A stretch of 64,000 nucleotides of DNA from NCBI GenBank assembly GCA_036630325.1, contig CP142737.1, positions 124,001 through 188,000 of the forward strand, given 5' to 3'. This DNA is from Vairimorpha necatrix. Its lineage: Eukaryota. Below are positions 25,844-37,233 of the stretch, piece after piece (position 1 is the stretch's first letter; each line of letters begins with the position of its first letter). The notes under the pieces were generated by a model. The model was not told the DNA's origin and made no database searches. It worked only from the letters and a program-made list of their open reading frames with translations. The position numbers and the translations under genes were made by a program.

Positions 25844-27392
25844 CTTAATTTTTTTTTTGTACGAAAATACAATTTTAGGAATGTTATTATTTTAGTCCCG
25901 AAAAATATACTTACAGGATTTAAAATTTTTTATTTTAGTCTAAAAAAATAAATGAAGCGTTTATGCGGCAAATATAATGATAATAATGATGATAAAGTCA
26001 TGTTCGCTGTTTACAGTTTTAAAATCATTTTGTTTATTCATATAGACCGAAAAAGTCGACCCTTTTGATATCTGATAAATACAGCTGCCGTTGCTTCGTT
26101 TTTTTTTGTTTTTCTAATCATATATACAAATTGCAAAAGAGAAAATATATATTTTTCATATCTATTTATTTTGCGACCATGTCATTAAACTCATATCACA
26201 TATTATGACTATTAATCAAAAAACATTAACGTATTTATATTTAGTGGGAAAAATGTAGTTAATAATGTATAAGATATTATCAGGTTCTAAAGAATGTTAT
26301 GTATACTGGGTTAAAAAAATAAAATTAAGCGGTATTGAGTTATATTATAATTTTAGGAGAACGGATAATACAAAATTTTACTTGTAAATTGAAGCATAAA
26401 ATTTCCTAAAATATCAAAAATAGAATACTACGTATAATTTAGCATACATCCTATTAGTTCGTTTTAGAAATAATATTAAGCAAATTAATTATTTCGTGTT
26501 CAAAATAGTATCCTCATCAAAGCAAAAAAATGATAAATATTAACTTAGAATCGGCCATAGATCTTATGTATTATTATATTGCTTTCGTTAATTTTTACAA
26601 TAAATTTTGCATTTAGTTTATTTTTTTGTGTTTTCTTTTTTTATGTTAAACCGGACTAAAATTCCGATTTTTCCGGACTCTTTCCAAAACGCAGTAATCT
26701 TGGTAATGATGCTGCAACCGTCATTGAACCTTTTCGGTAAAAAAACTTAATATACACAAAAAACAATAATATATGAGGGCCTTGGTCCTCAACCAAAAAA
26801 AGAAATAAGTTTATTACCTTATACCTTTTATTTCATTTTAGCTATATACTTTCATTGTCATAATTTTTTTTTAAGTTTGTAGAAGAAAAAATATTGTACA
26901 TTTGAACACCATAAACACAAAAAAAAATACGGAGAAAGCAGATAAAAAGGCATTCTCATCCCTTATAATCTTAATACACTCGAAATCTGTCCCTTGATAA
27001 TCATAACATTATTTAAAAATTTTGCAAATGCTTTATATATATGAATTGTGCAATGAAAAATCGCTTGATATGATATTATTAATAATGACTTTGGCATGCT
27101 TAGTTAAGTTTTATACAAAATAATATTCATCTATTACATTTATAAATATTTTTAAAGATCAAATCGTGCTGACTGTTTTTTAAATATGATTTAATGGCCT
27201 GATCTTCAATCGTAAGATCAAACTCCATTTGCATGCCGGAGAAACAGTTACAATGAGCAGCTTGTAAAGTTTATATTTGTATTGTAATGATTTTCGGTTT
27301 GTTTATAAAAAGGCATTACTATTAAAACATTTAGTCCAATTTAAAAATAAAATTGATTACATTTTAAATATTAAAATAATAATTTATTGGTT

Positions 27393-28664
27393 CTACTTAT
27401 TGACCAAATTATTAGTCGATGACATTAGATCATTCAAATCCATATTTTTACGCTTCAAATGAGATTTTTTCAGATGTGAATTTTTCACTAGATGGTTTTT
27501 ATGATGTCTCAATTTCGATTTCTTATGTTTCACAACTTCTTTAACACTTTGCTTGCTTTCTTCTGGAAATTCTTTGTCAACGCCTAAATGTTTTGTAGGT
27601 ATTGGTGCTTTATAAGCTTCTGTTATAAATTTAGGATCTTTTCTTCCAATTATATCTTCAATAGATGCGTTTTTCTTATTGTCGTTAACGTCATCTAAAA
27701 GAATTTCGATGTCTTTATTTTTCTTAGTTTTATTAATTTCAACTATTGACTTTTTCTGAGTGGGTTTGGAACTTTCTGAAAGTTTTTCGATATCATTATC
27801 ATTGTTGTTTTCTGATATAATATTTTTAGTACTTTTTACTTTTTTCTTTTTTACGGGGTTGGCAGATTCTTTTTTTATAGTTGTATCTTCATTAATTTTT
27901 TTATCATTATTTGAATTTTCATTGGCTAAATTTTTTTCATTTTTCGATTCTGCGATATTACTAGATTTTAGTGGAGATTTTTTAGATAAAAAAGGATTAA
28001 AGTTTTCAGGTATTTCTTTGGTTTTTAAAATTTTTTCGGGTTCTTCATCTTCACTCGATTTATCTTTTGCCTCGTCTAACTCCTTTTTCGACTTATCATT
28101 GGTATAATTTTTTTCTTCACGTGTTATTTCTAAACTTGTAGGACTAACTTCTACCACTTTTGGATCTTCTATTTCATTTTCAATCTCTTTATGACCTTTG
28201 ATTTTTGTACCGAACCTGTTTTCTAATCCTTTATGTGAGCTTTTTACTTTGTCTCCAAATTCGATTTTTATTGCTTTTGAAGATTCCCTTACTTTGTCTC
28301 CGAATCCTCCTGTAACTCCAATTATTTCTTCGTTTTCTGGTTCTTTATCTGAAGACGTTTCTCGCGATACATGTGGCGAATTAAACCAATTTCGTTTTAT
28401 CAGACTCTTCAATCCTAATAAATTATTACTAAGTAAACTATTTTCCTTAAATGGTTCTGCTTTTTCCTCTTCTGGTTTCTTTTCTCCTTCTGGTTTCTTT
28501 TCGCCTTCTGGTTGTTTATTTTCACCTTCCGCATTCTCAGTATTTTGTGGTACTACTATTTTACCAAATACATCTTTTTTATCTTCACTGTTTAGTAATA
28601 GGAAGTTGTACGCAAAATATAAAAGTGTACCCGATATAAGTAATAATAGTACGAATTGCAGCAT
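27393..28664 (-). CDS. N-terminally anchored or secreted K/E/N-rich low-complexity protein (423 aa)
   Basis: Hydrophobic first ~24 aa, KKPEGE repeats, FGDKV repeats and a basic His-rich C-terminus. Confidence 0.8.
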   Translation of the reverse strand: MLQFVLLLLISGTLLYFAYNFLLLNSEDKKDVFGKIVVPQNTENAEGENKQPEGEKKPEGEKKPEEEKAEPFKENSLLSNNLLGLKSLIKRNWFNSPHVSRETSSDKEPENEEIIGVTGGFGDKVRESSKAIKIEFGDKVKSSHKGLENRFGTKIKGHKEIENEIEDPKVVEVSPTSLEITREEKNYTNDKSKKELDEAKDKSSEDEEPEKILKTKEIPENFNPFLSKKSPLKSSNIAESKNEKNLANENSNNDKKINEDTTIKKESANPVKKKKVKSTKNIISENNNDNDIEKLSESSKPTQKKSIVEINKTKKNKDIEILLDDVNDNKKNASIEDIIGRKDPKFITEAYKAPIPTKHLGVDKEFPEESKQSVKEVVKHKKSKLRHHKNHLVKNSHLKKSHLKRKNMDLNDLMSSTNNLVNK

Positions 28665-30295
28665 GTTTATTTATCGAAAAGTGTTTAAGTAACCGATGTT
28701 TTAAATTTAAATTTTTTATTGGGTACTGAAGAAACAGGTATGAAACATTGTCAGTAAAATGAATTTAAAAAGGAAAAAGTGGTATTTTACAACTATATAT
28801 TGAAAATATATATTTTTTTTATAAAATGTGTTTCTGTCAAATGCCATTTTGATATTTTTATAAAACATTTGTATTCTTGTGTATGGGGTTTAAACAAATA
28901 CATTTTAAAAGCATTAATTTATTATAATATATGTATGTTTTTCATTTTCAATGTAATTATTAAGAAATGTTATAGTAATTAATATTCAATACGCAAAAAA
29001 GAGTTACATATTTATAAAAATAAAACATTTTTTTTTACAAACATTTAGAGTTTATGTGTCAAATGTCACATAGACGAATCAATTATGTTTGTTGTAATTT
29101 TAGGGTAAGTACATCCTACCTTTAATGTTTTAAATTTCTTATGTCTCGATGTGCGACATCTTCTAAAGGCTTATGTTGTTCTCAAAACACAATCTAAAGA
29201 GAGATTCCATACTCTTTGAGGATCAGTGCCAGTCCAAGGAGCATTTTAAATCGGCAATTTGCTTTATTTACTTCTATAATGTTTATACGTTTTTGACGGA
29301 GAAGAAGAAGTGGCTAGAGCTGTAAGCGCACTAGCGAATATGGCGACTGTTAAAGAAGTGGTGTCGGCAAAGGGGAATGAAGCTGAAAAACTGAAGTTGG
29401 AAAATATTAATAATTCCACAGAAACCAAAGTCTGTGAAGAGCTGAATCCCATGAGCGATTCCGGGGAAAGCTGTGCTTTAAATATTTAAGCTCAATGATA
29501 AATTAACTCAATAAATTCTTATTAATACTTTTTTGACCATATTATTATACGACCTATGTCATATTGTAAGATTTAATATTTTTTAACTCAAGCTTTTTGT
29601 GTTTAGATCTCTATAGATCTTTTTAGTGCTTTCAAACAATAACTTACATTTCGATAGATGTCATTCCACTTTATTATAATAAATGTGATCTTTCATTATT
29701 CTTTTACTTCTCATAGGATACACTCAATCTTCAAATATTTGACCTTACAGCTTTTTATAAATCTTCTAATACGTTCTCTAATATTAAGCTTGTATTTTTG
29801 TCACAGTTAGGCTTCTTCTCTGTTCTAAGAACTAATTTTCGGTATAAATGCTTCCGTTGAGTTCCAATCGCAGCTCTTTCGTGTTTGGGCGCCGATAATT
29901 TACGACAATTCCTGTCACAAATAAGAAACAATTCTTTGCTAAATTTGTAGCTAGAAGCCTCGTATAAAGTTTATTTTTCGCCCAAAATTGGATAAAAGAC
30001 TTTTATTTATTTGAGATTTTTATTGTGTTTTTACAGTATTAATTTATAGAATTTTTTTACAATTTAAATATTAAAAAATTTAAAAATATTTTTTTCATAA
30101 AATGTTTAATGGAATGTTTTTTAATGTATTAGGTCTTATTATTTATTTTCAAAATTGTTTAATTTTATATTTGTCAAAATTTTGAATTTCATAAATGTTT
30201 TTTACAAATTAAAAATATCAAAGATTTGAAATTTTCCACTATGTTTGAACATCATCTGCTTTCTTATTTTTTCTTTATTTTTTTGCCCTATTTTT

Positions 30296-32293
30296 ATGAA
30301 TACAAGAGGCAATTTTTCAAGTTCTACTTTTCCCAAAGCCAGTGAACTAAATACTAAACCAAAACTCAAAATACCAGATTTGAGTACTGAATTATTCAAA
30401 GACCAAAAAATATTTTATCAATACGATACTTCTATTTCTCCTCCTCCTTTGTCCACTACATCTTGTTTTATACACGAGACTGTTAATTCTGATCCTCATC
30501 TTATGAGAAGCACAATGTACGTCTTACCAAAATCGCCCAATTTTTATGAAAATTTAAATATTCCTTTTGGTGTTTCTGTCACTCCTTTTAGTTTTAAAAG
30601 TGACAGTAGACGAAGTTTACAGCACAGTGTTAGATGTTTACAATGTTTATCTTACGCAAATAATTATTGGTTAATCACAAATGACAAAGTCGTCTGTAAT
30701 ATTTGTAAACATTCCAATGACATTTTAAAAATTTGTAAAGATCCAGACAATATTTCTAATTTTTTAAAATTTCCAACTTATGAAATTAATATTCCATTTG
30801 ACCAGGAAATAAAAAGTAAAAATATGGTGGATTCTGAATATTTTGATCAAGTTATTTATAAATATCCTGTTTTTATCTTTTTATTTGATTCTTCGTTCAA
30901 ATTTATAGAAGATTACTTGGTAGAAATTAAAAATATTTTAAATGACGAAACATTTAGAAATTTATATAAGAAAATCTTACTAATGAACAATACAAGTATA
31001 TTTACACTTGATAATGACGAATTAATAGAATATAATTTGGAAATGTCTCCTTTTATACCACCAGATGTTTTTATAGAAACAAGCAAATTGAACAATAATT
31101 CGATAAATTTAATTTTAGATTTAATAACTTCAAAGATAGAAAATAAAATCAACAATTTAAAGGTTTCTGACGTACTAAAAAAAATTTCGCGATATTCTGT
31201 CGGGTCAAAAACTGTCATATTTTCTAGTTTACTTAAATTAGAAGAAATTCCAAATATGTCGATCAAAATTTTTTCAAATTCGATGAAATTTAAAAATGAT
31301 CTCATAAAATTTTGCTGTTCAGAATCTTTTTTTGATATTTCTATAGAAGTCAAAACTTCGAATGGTATAGCGAAAAATGCTGTATACGTTGACACAGAAG
31401 TACAGAATTTTAATAATGTCTTCATTTCGTCAATGGATTGTTCTAGTACTGTAGCTTATACTTTTTATATTGATGATCATATAACTGATTCTAAAAGTTT
31501 TATCCAATTTAATATAAAATATACAACCCACGAAGGCGAGCGGAAAGTTCTAATTTTAAATCAATCTTATAAAGTTAGCAAATTGCCCTATGACGTCATA
31601 AACAGTATCTCTTTTGACACACTTTTTTCGACTTTTTGTAAATATATTAGTAAAGATATAAAAAATATAAAACATAGCGAAGAAATGATGGTTAAATTCT
31701 TAAAATTCTATAGAAATTCTTGTTGTAAAGAAGTTTCTATTACACAATTTGTATTACCAGATTCCGCCAAACTTTTACCCGTACTTTTTCAATCTTTAGC
31801 TAAAAATAAAATTTTTAGTTGTTCAAATATCAACGAACAGGCTAGAAAATCAAATATTGACACTTTAGTAAAATTTTCAGTAGAACAAAATCTAAGATTT
31901 TTTTATCCAAGACTTTTTACTCTGACAGATTTTTATATGGACCAAGATTTGACTAAAATACAATATTTGAGACTTAGTATGTCTGTAATTGACCCTAGTG
32001 AGATTTATGTATTGGAAAATAGTCAGAAAATCTTTTTGTATATTGGAAAAGATGTAGACCAGAATTTAAGAGAAGCATTGTTCAAAAATGAAGAGGAATA
32101 CGCTGTACTTATGAAATTAGTAGATGATATTAATGGGACTTACGGGTATGAACTGCCAGTGGTGGTTATAGAAGAAGGAAAGAGTGCAGGAGAAATTGAT
32201 TTTTATGGATATATGATTGAAGATAATATGAATGGTGTGTGTAATTATTACGACTATGTGTGCGAATTACATTTTAAAGTACAAAAGGCTTAA
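30296..32293 (+). CDS. SEC24: COPII coat subunit Sec24
   Basis: NSDPHLMRSTM, PFGVSVTPF, zinc finger CxxC...CxxC, FFYPRL and a gelsolin-like C-terminus. ATG 30296 follows CCC (the track begins at an upstream TTG). Confidence 0.88.
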   Translation: MNTRGNFSSSTFPKASELNTKPKLKIPDLSTELFKDQKIFYQYDTSISPPPLSTTSCFIHETVNSDPHLMRSTMYVLPKSPNFYENLNIPFGVSVTPFSFKSDSRRSLQHSVRCLQCLSYANNYWLITNDKVVCNICKHSNDILKICKDPDNISNFLKFPTYEINIPFDQEIKSKNMVDSEYFDQVIYKYPVFIFLFDSSFKFIEDYLVEIKNILNDETFRNLYKKILLMNNTSIFTLDNDELIEYNLEMSPFIPPDVFIETSKLNNNSINLILDLITSKIENKINNLKVSDVLKKISRYSVGSKTVIFSSLLKLEEIPNMSIKIFSNSMKFKNDLIKFCCSESFFDISIEVKTSNGIAKNAVYVDTEVQNFNNVFISSMDCSSTVAYTFYIDDHITDSKSFIQFNIKYTTHEGERKVLILNQSYKVSKLPYDVINSISFDTLFSTFCKYISKDIKNIKHSEEMMVKFLKFYRNSCCKEVSITQFVLPDSAKLLPVLFQSLAKNKIFSCSNINEQARKSNIDTLVKFSVEQNLRFFYPRLFTLTDFYMDQDLTKIQYLRLSMSVIDPSEIYVLENSQKIFLYIGKDVDQNLREALFKNEEEYAVLMKLVDDINGTYGYELPVVVIEEGKSAGEIDFYGYMIEDNMNGVCNYYDYVCELHFKVQKA

Positions 32294-32610
32294 TTAAAAA
32301 CTTACTTTTTTTAAAAAACGAATTTCCCAATTATAATTTAGTCTCCTGGGTGTAAACATCTTTATGTTTTGATAAAAAACTATAATCGATAAATCAATAT
32401 TAAAAAATTTTATTGATATTTAATTTCAAAATAAATGTTATCGATCACAAATATAGACGATAATATCAAAGAAAATATAATTTTTATCAGGCAAATATAC
32501 ATAAATGATAAAATATTATAATTTCTTGACCACTTTGTTTGTTTTCAAATAGTTTGTTTGTTCAAAAATCATGCAAAAAAACTATAAATAAATTTTTTTT
32601 TTCATAAATT

Positions 32611-34413
32611 ATGCCGATTTCATCTTTCGATATCTTAAAAGATATAAACGATTTGAAAGACAAAAATGACAATTACTATCATTTAATTGACAAATTACTC
32701 ATGTCTTCATTAAATCAACAAGCTGATATCAAATACCAGATTTATTATATAGTAGCTAAAGAATATTATCATTTTAAGGAATTTGAGAAATCTTATGAAT
32801 ATTTTCTTAAAGTGTTTAATAATAGAAACTTGTTTATCGTGTATAATATTATAGAAGATACTGTTTTGCATATACTTCAATTGAAATGTGGAAGTATCAA
32901 AGATGTGTCGTATGCATTATACCATTTATTAATTACTAAAGATATAGATAAAATTAAAAAGATCAAGAAACCTAAAGAAATTACTATAAAAAGTAAGAAA
33001 GAAAATATATACGATAACGTGGAAAACAAGAGCAATGTAATTGACGATAAAGATGTCACTAATGACATTTACTTGGAAATTTTAAATCTCAAATATGAAA
33101 AATCCATATTTTTTTCTTATTTATTTGAACATAATGAATTAGATTTCGCTGTTCATTTCTTACCTGATGACAAATTAGATATTTTTATAGATAAATTGAT
33201 GCTTACAAATCATTATACAGATAATATCAGGAATATTTTAGTAGATTATAGAAATATAAATGTATTTTTATATTTGTCAGTATTCGACAAAAAGAATATA
33301 AAAGATTACGAAATGAAGATCAAGTCATTTAATGACAAATACAGTCAAGATAGCTTTTATTATAAATATGATCTTAAAGATGATTTTTATAGTAAGTTAG
33401 ATGATGACTCAATATATTTCTTATATAAAAATAGGAAATATCTTCAACTTACAAAATCCTTAAATTCTGATGATAATTTCACGAATAATATTTTGTATTT
33501 TTCATATTTCAAGATTTCAGACCTCAAAAATGCAGATATTTTTTATAAAAAGGCGCATCAGATTTTATTCCCCGTTGATGAGATTGAATATTTAAATTCC
33601 TTGAATTTTGATAGTTTCGTGATTAACAAGGTGAATAGTTTAGATAATCCGATAGATCTTCTTAATTCTCTAGAAGTTTTGTATTTTAGTAAGAATTATG
33701 ATGTCTTAAAAGAGTGTGTCTTGAATAATATTAAGAAGTACAAAGATATTAATATTTTCAAAGTAATGATCTCATATTTATTAATACAGAATTTAGAGGT
33801 CCATGATGTGTGTGTTTTTATACAGGAATATATACAGGGTATAGATATTTCTGATTTAGATAAAGACTGGTTATATAAAGTCGTCTATAATTCTATTATA
33901 GATGATATGGATTCTAAGAAGACATATTTAGATTTATTATACCAGTTAAAAGATCCCTGCCTAGATACAATTTATATTGCCTTACTCCTCAATACTAGAG
34001 ATTATTCTTCTTTGTATGACGAATTTGTAAGTCTTGAAGATACCAAGTCTGACTTATATTTCACAGTACTAATTTTATTTTATGAATTAAGAGAAGATAA
34101 AGATGTATTGAATAAATTAAATATAAGTCAAAGAAGAGATGATCAGATCTTAAGTTTACTAGAGATATCCACTAATAAGAATATTATAATAGAGGCCCAC
34201 ACTAGAAATATCTTGACTCCTGATATTTTAGAAAGGGCGATATTATTCAATAGTGTAAAGGGCAAGTTATACGCTTTTCTAGAGAGTATTTATATGATAG
34301 ACCCTAGGGGATATTTAAGTTACAATAGTAGAATAATATTAAAAAAGGAGATAGACATATTGACCATGTATGGGGATTATAAAGTAGTAGAGTTTTATAA
34401 GAGTTTATTATAA
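32611..34413 (+). CDS. Hypothetical helical protein (600 aa)
   Basis: Long ORF in the gene-dense core with a possible TPR-like N-terminal segment; not recognised. Confidence 0.8.
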   Translation: MPISSFDILKDINDLKDKNDNYYHLIDKLLMSSLNQQADIKYQIYYIVAKEYYHFKEFEKSYEYFLKVFNNRNLFIVYNIIEDTVLHILQLKCGSIKDVSYALYHLLITKDIDKIKKIKKPKEITIKSKKENIYDNVENKSNVIDDKDVTNDIYLEILNLKYEKSIFFSYLFEHNELDFAVHFLPDDKLDIFIDKLMLTNHYTDNIRNILVDYRNINVFLYLSVFDKKNIKDYEMKIKSFNDKYSQDSFYYKYDLKDDFYSKLDDDSIYFLYKNRKYLQLTKSLNSDDNFTNNILYFSYFKISDLKNADIFYKKAHQILFPVDEIEYLNSLNFDSFVINKVNSLDNPIDLLNSLEVLYFSKNYDVLKECVLNNIKKYKDINIFKVMISYLLIQNLEVHDVCVFIQEYIQGIDISDLDKDWLYKVVYNSIIDDMDSKKTYLDLLYQLKDPCLDTIYIALLLNTRDYSSLYDEFVSLEDTKSDLYFTVLILFYELREDKDVLNKLNISQRRDDQILSLLEISTNKNIIIEAHTRNILTPDILERAILFNSVKGKLYAFLESIYMIDPRGYLSYNSRIILKKEIDILTMYGDYKVVEFYKSLL

Positions 34414-34991
34414 AAAAGTATATAATAGAAGTCTATTATATATATTATAGATAACTACATTAGATTTATATATATTATAGATATTTATGATAGATTATAT
34501 TATAAAAATAATTGTAAGTTAAGGGTATGATTTATTATTAAAAGATCAATACACATGATCGAGATATAAAAATAATATAGATACTTTAATAAGTTGAAAA
34601 ACTACTTAGCTTATTAGTTCAATTATGTATATCTTTACCCACAATAATAAGAGATCTATGATATTTAATACATAAATCTAAAGATATTATATTAGCATCT
34701 CAATACAAAAATTTAAAAGTACTCTGATTATTTGATTAAGATTCTGTCCCCTTTTCCTTTATGACCTTGACAGGTAAATTTACAATATTTTTCCGCCTTT
34801 AAACATAAAAGACAAGTAACCCTTAAGGGCATATAGATGTAGAATATTCTTCTCAGACTGCTGGACAACAACATTCCACAATGCGCCTTAATGGCCTCTT
34901 CCCCTTTATTTTGATCTTTGATGTCTCCTTCCCCCTTTTATTTTTTCATTGGTCATTGGAGATTTAAAATATTTCGATTTCCCCTTTTCTC

Positions 34992-35456
34992 ATGGAAGAG
35001 AAATCTCAGACTCCTAAAGTCCAGAATGTTTTTACTAATCTGATGAGCAGTAAGACGCCACCCAAAGAGTTCTTTAATTTGAATAAGACTTCAGTCCCCC
35101 AGAACTGGGACACAGCCAAGAAGAGAATTTCTAACAATCTAGAGAAGTTTAAGACTTTCTACAGTTCTATTTCTCTTATCTTTTTATTTATTTTTATAGT
35201 CTTTAATCCTTCTGTCGTCTTACTTCTCGGGATTTGTGGACTATGTGCTTATGGGAATATGTACACCCCCACTATACAGGGATTTGAGTGTACTAAAGTA
35301 GTCACTAATAGTGCGACACTTGGTCTCTTTCTTTTGTATATTGTAGTATTCCCTCGGACTATGACTTTGATCTTGGCCTTGGTGAGTTTAGTGAGTCTTG
35401 GGATAGTGACGCACTCTGTTACATTAGAAGAAGATGAAATACAAGAAGACGTATAA
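34992..35456 (+). CDS. PRA1/Yip3-family prenylated Rab acceptor
   Basis: RISNNLEKFKTFY motif followed by paired hydrophobic segments; 154 aa. Confidence 0.8.
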   Translation: MEEKSQTPKVQNVFTNLMSSKTPPKEFFNLNKTSVPQNWDTAKKRISNNLEKFKTFYSSISLIFLFIFIVFNPSVVLLLGICGLCAYGNMYTPTIQGFECTKVVTNSATLGLFLLYIVVFPRTMTLILALVSLVSLGIVTHSVTLEEDEIQEDV

Positions 35457-35504
35457 CAATAAACATACCATAAAAAATCCATATAATTATATATGTATGT
35501 TTTA

Positions 35505-35972
35505 TTAACTTTCTTTACTATTATTCTTATCATTTTTCATGTTCCTTTTGGCTTCTAAGTAGTATTTTAAATATCCTGATCTTTTATATTCATCATGTGA
35601 TGTGTCTAGATTATATTCCTCATTAGTGTACATTTCACTGAATCTTTCATCATACAAATCTATTTCTAAATCTTCCACTTCTTTAACATTTAAAATTTTA
35701 CAGTTCTTTGGCTTAGTGGCTTGTTCTTTTTTGATTTCTACTTCTCTCTCAAATTCCATCTCTTCTCCTACAAATCTACAGTCTAGATCTTTCAGTATTT
35801 CGTAGATCTTTATATTGTCTTCTATAGTGGACTCTATTATGTGACACATATTCCCTTTCTTACTAGTACATTCTTTTATAGAGAAATCTAGAGTGATATC
35901 TTCTATAATATCAAATAAAGAATTAATATCTTGACAATCTAGAATAGCCAATCTTGTAGTAGGGCAAGACAT
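35505..35972 (-). CDS. ESF1: Highly reduced Esf1-like pre-rRNA processing factor
   Basis: TTRLAILDC, IYEIL...LDCRFV and a NUC153-like DERFSEMYTNEEYNLDTSHDEYK. ATG 35972 after CCC. Confidence 0.7.
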   Translation of the reverse strand: MSCPTTRLAILDCQDINSLFDIIEDITLDFSIKECTSKKGNMCHIIESTIEDNIKIYEILKDLDCRFVGEEMEFEREVEIKKEQATKPKNCKILNVKEVEDLEIDLYDERFSEMYTNEEYNLDTSHDEYKRSGYLKYYLEAKRNMKNDKNNSKES

Positions 35973-35997
35973 AATAAAAGGGCAATTAATCAAGAAG

Positions 35998-36100
35998 ATA
36001 TAATAATAATATGTATAATAATATGTAGAGATAATAATATGTAGAGTATTTATAATAATATGTATAATAATATGTATAATAATATGTAGAGTATTTATTA
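35998..36100. repeat. Degenerate (ATAATAATATGT)n-type minisatellite
   Basis: Several imperfect ataataatatgta units in the intergenic spacer. Confidence 0.7.
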
Positions 36101-36142
36101 AACTAATAAAATTTTACATATTAATATAAAATTTTGACTTTA

Positions 36143-36700
36143 TTACATTGTCTCCCATATCTTATTGGTTATTTTATATTGTGCTTCATTCTTCATTTCT
36201 TCTAAATCTACTTCCACTATACATTTCTTCTTACTACTTCGTATCCTACATATATTCCTCTTCTCTTTACTTATCTCTATCCCAAATCCCTTTATAAGTT
36301 CAAGATACAACTGATAAAAACACGGCTTATTTAATGAGACCATCTCTTCATTTGACCTCTTGATGGTCAGGTCAAGCTCGTCAACCTCACTCTTCATTTT
36401 ACTGAACTCATTCTCTAAGTCCACATACTTCTTAGCCAGTCTAAGTCTCTCATTATTTACAAATTTATATTTCTCATTGTTCTTCGTGTGGCTTAGTTTG
36501 ATCTTGTTTATCTCATTCTCGATATTGGAGATCTTCTTTTCTAAGAGATCTGTATTATTGAGAATACTACTGAGAGTAGAAGAGTGTTCTTTAAGGGAGA
36601 TGGTATTTAATTCTATGACACTAGTGAGGAGATGAACATCTAGAAGATTATCATAGTCAGTTATCTTAGCCAAGATATCATGAATATCAGAGGAGTCCAT
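36143..36700 (-). CDS. SPC24: Kinetochore Spc24-like protein
   Basis: Coiled coil followed by LYLELIKGFGI...YKITNKIW, resembling the Spc24 globular domain. ATG 36700 after CCC. Confidence 0.65.
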   Translation of the reverse strand: MDSSDIHDILAKITDYDNLLDVHLLTSVIELNTISLKEHSSTLSSILNNTDLLEKKISNIENEINKIKLSHTKNNEKYKFVNNERLRLAKKYVDLENEFSKMKSEVDELDLTIKRSNEEMVSLNKPCFYQLYLELIKGFGIEISKEKRNICRIRSSKKKCIVEVDLEEMKNEAQYKITNKIWETM

Positions 36701-36832
36701 AAGAAAGGGCAAAAACTTAAAAATGTGTAAAAAAGATATAAAGAAATAAAATACAGTATAAAACAATATAATAACTTTATACTACTATAATGAAATAATA
36801 TATATTTGATTTTATAAAGTTAATTTGTTTTA

Positions 36833-37159
36833 TTAATTAATCTTCTCAGTTAATAAATCTGATTCCCCTTCATGTAAAACACTCATCACTCCTGTCCTGT
36901 ACTTCAACTCACACAAATTTGCAAGCGCATTATTCGTCCCTTCATAAAACTTCAAGGGTATTCCACCCGCCAAAACACAGTAATATTCTAACTGCTTCCT
37001 TTTTACAGAAGGAAGACTACTAGAGACAACAATACACTTGGCCTTCTTAGTGATGACATTTCTGAGAGCACTCTTGAAACCAATATCATATTTACCAGTC
37101 TTGACTACTAGAGGAAGAGAAGCGGCTAAACCGACGGCCTTGGAATATCTGCGACTCAT
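36833..37159 (-). CDS. RPL30: 60S ribosomal protein L30 (eL30)
   Basis: [35 protein letters not shown]. Confidence 0.93.
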
Positions 37160-37233
37160 TTTTAAAGGGGCAAAAAAAAAAACAGCATAAATAAAAAAAG
37201 AAGCAAATAAAAAAAAGGAAATTTGACAATTTG

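Noticed and set aside
27760..28692. Antisense ORFs overlapping real genes (also 30913, 36360, 45820, 46583, 49812, 61310 and others)
   Set aside because: Shadow ORFs of A-rich coding strands with F/S/L-rich translations and no motifs
29530..29990. Hairpin-rich segment upstream of SEC24
   Set aside because: Stems are mostly A/T and expected by chance at this base composition
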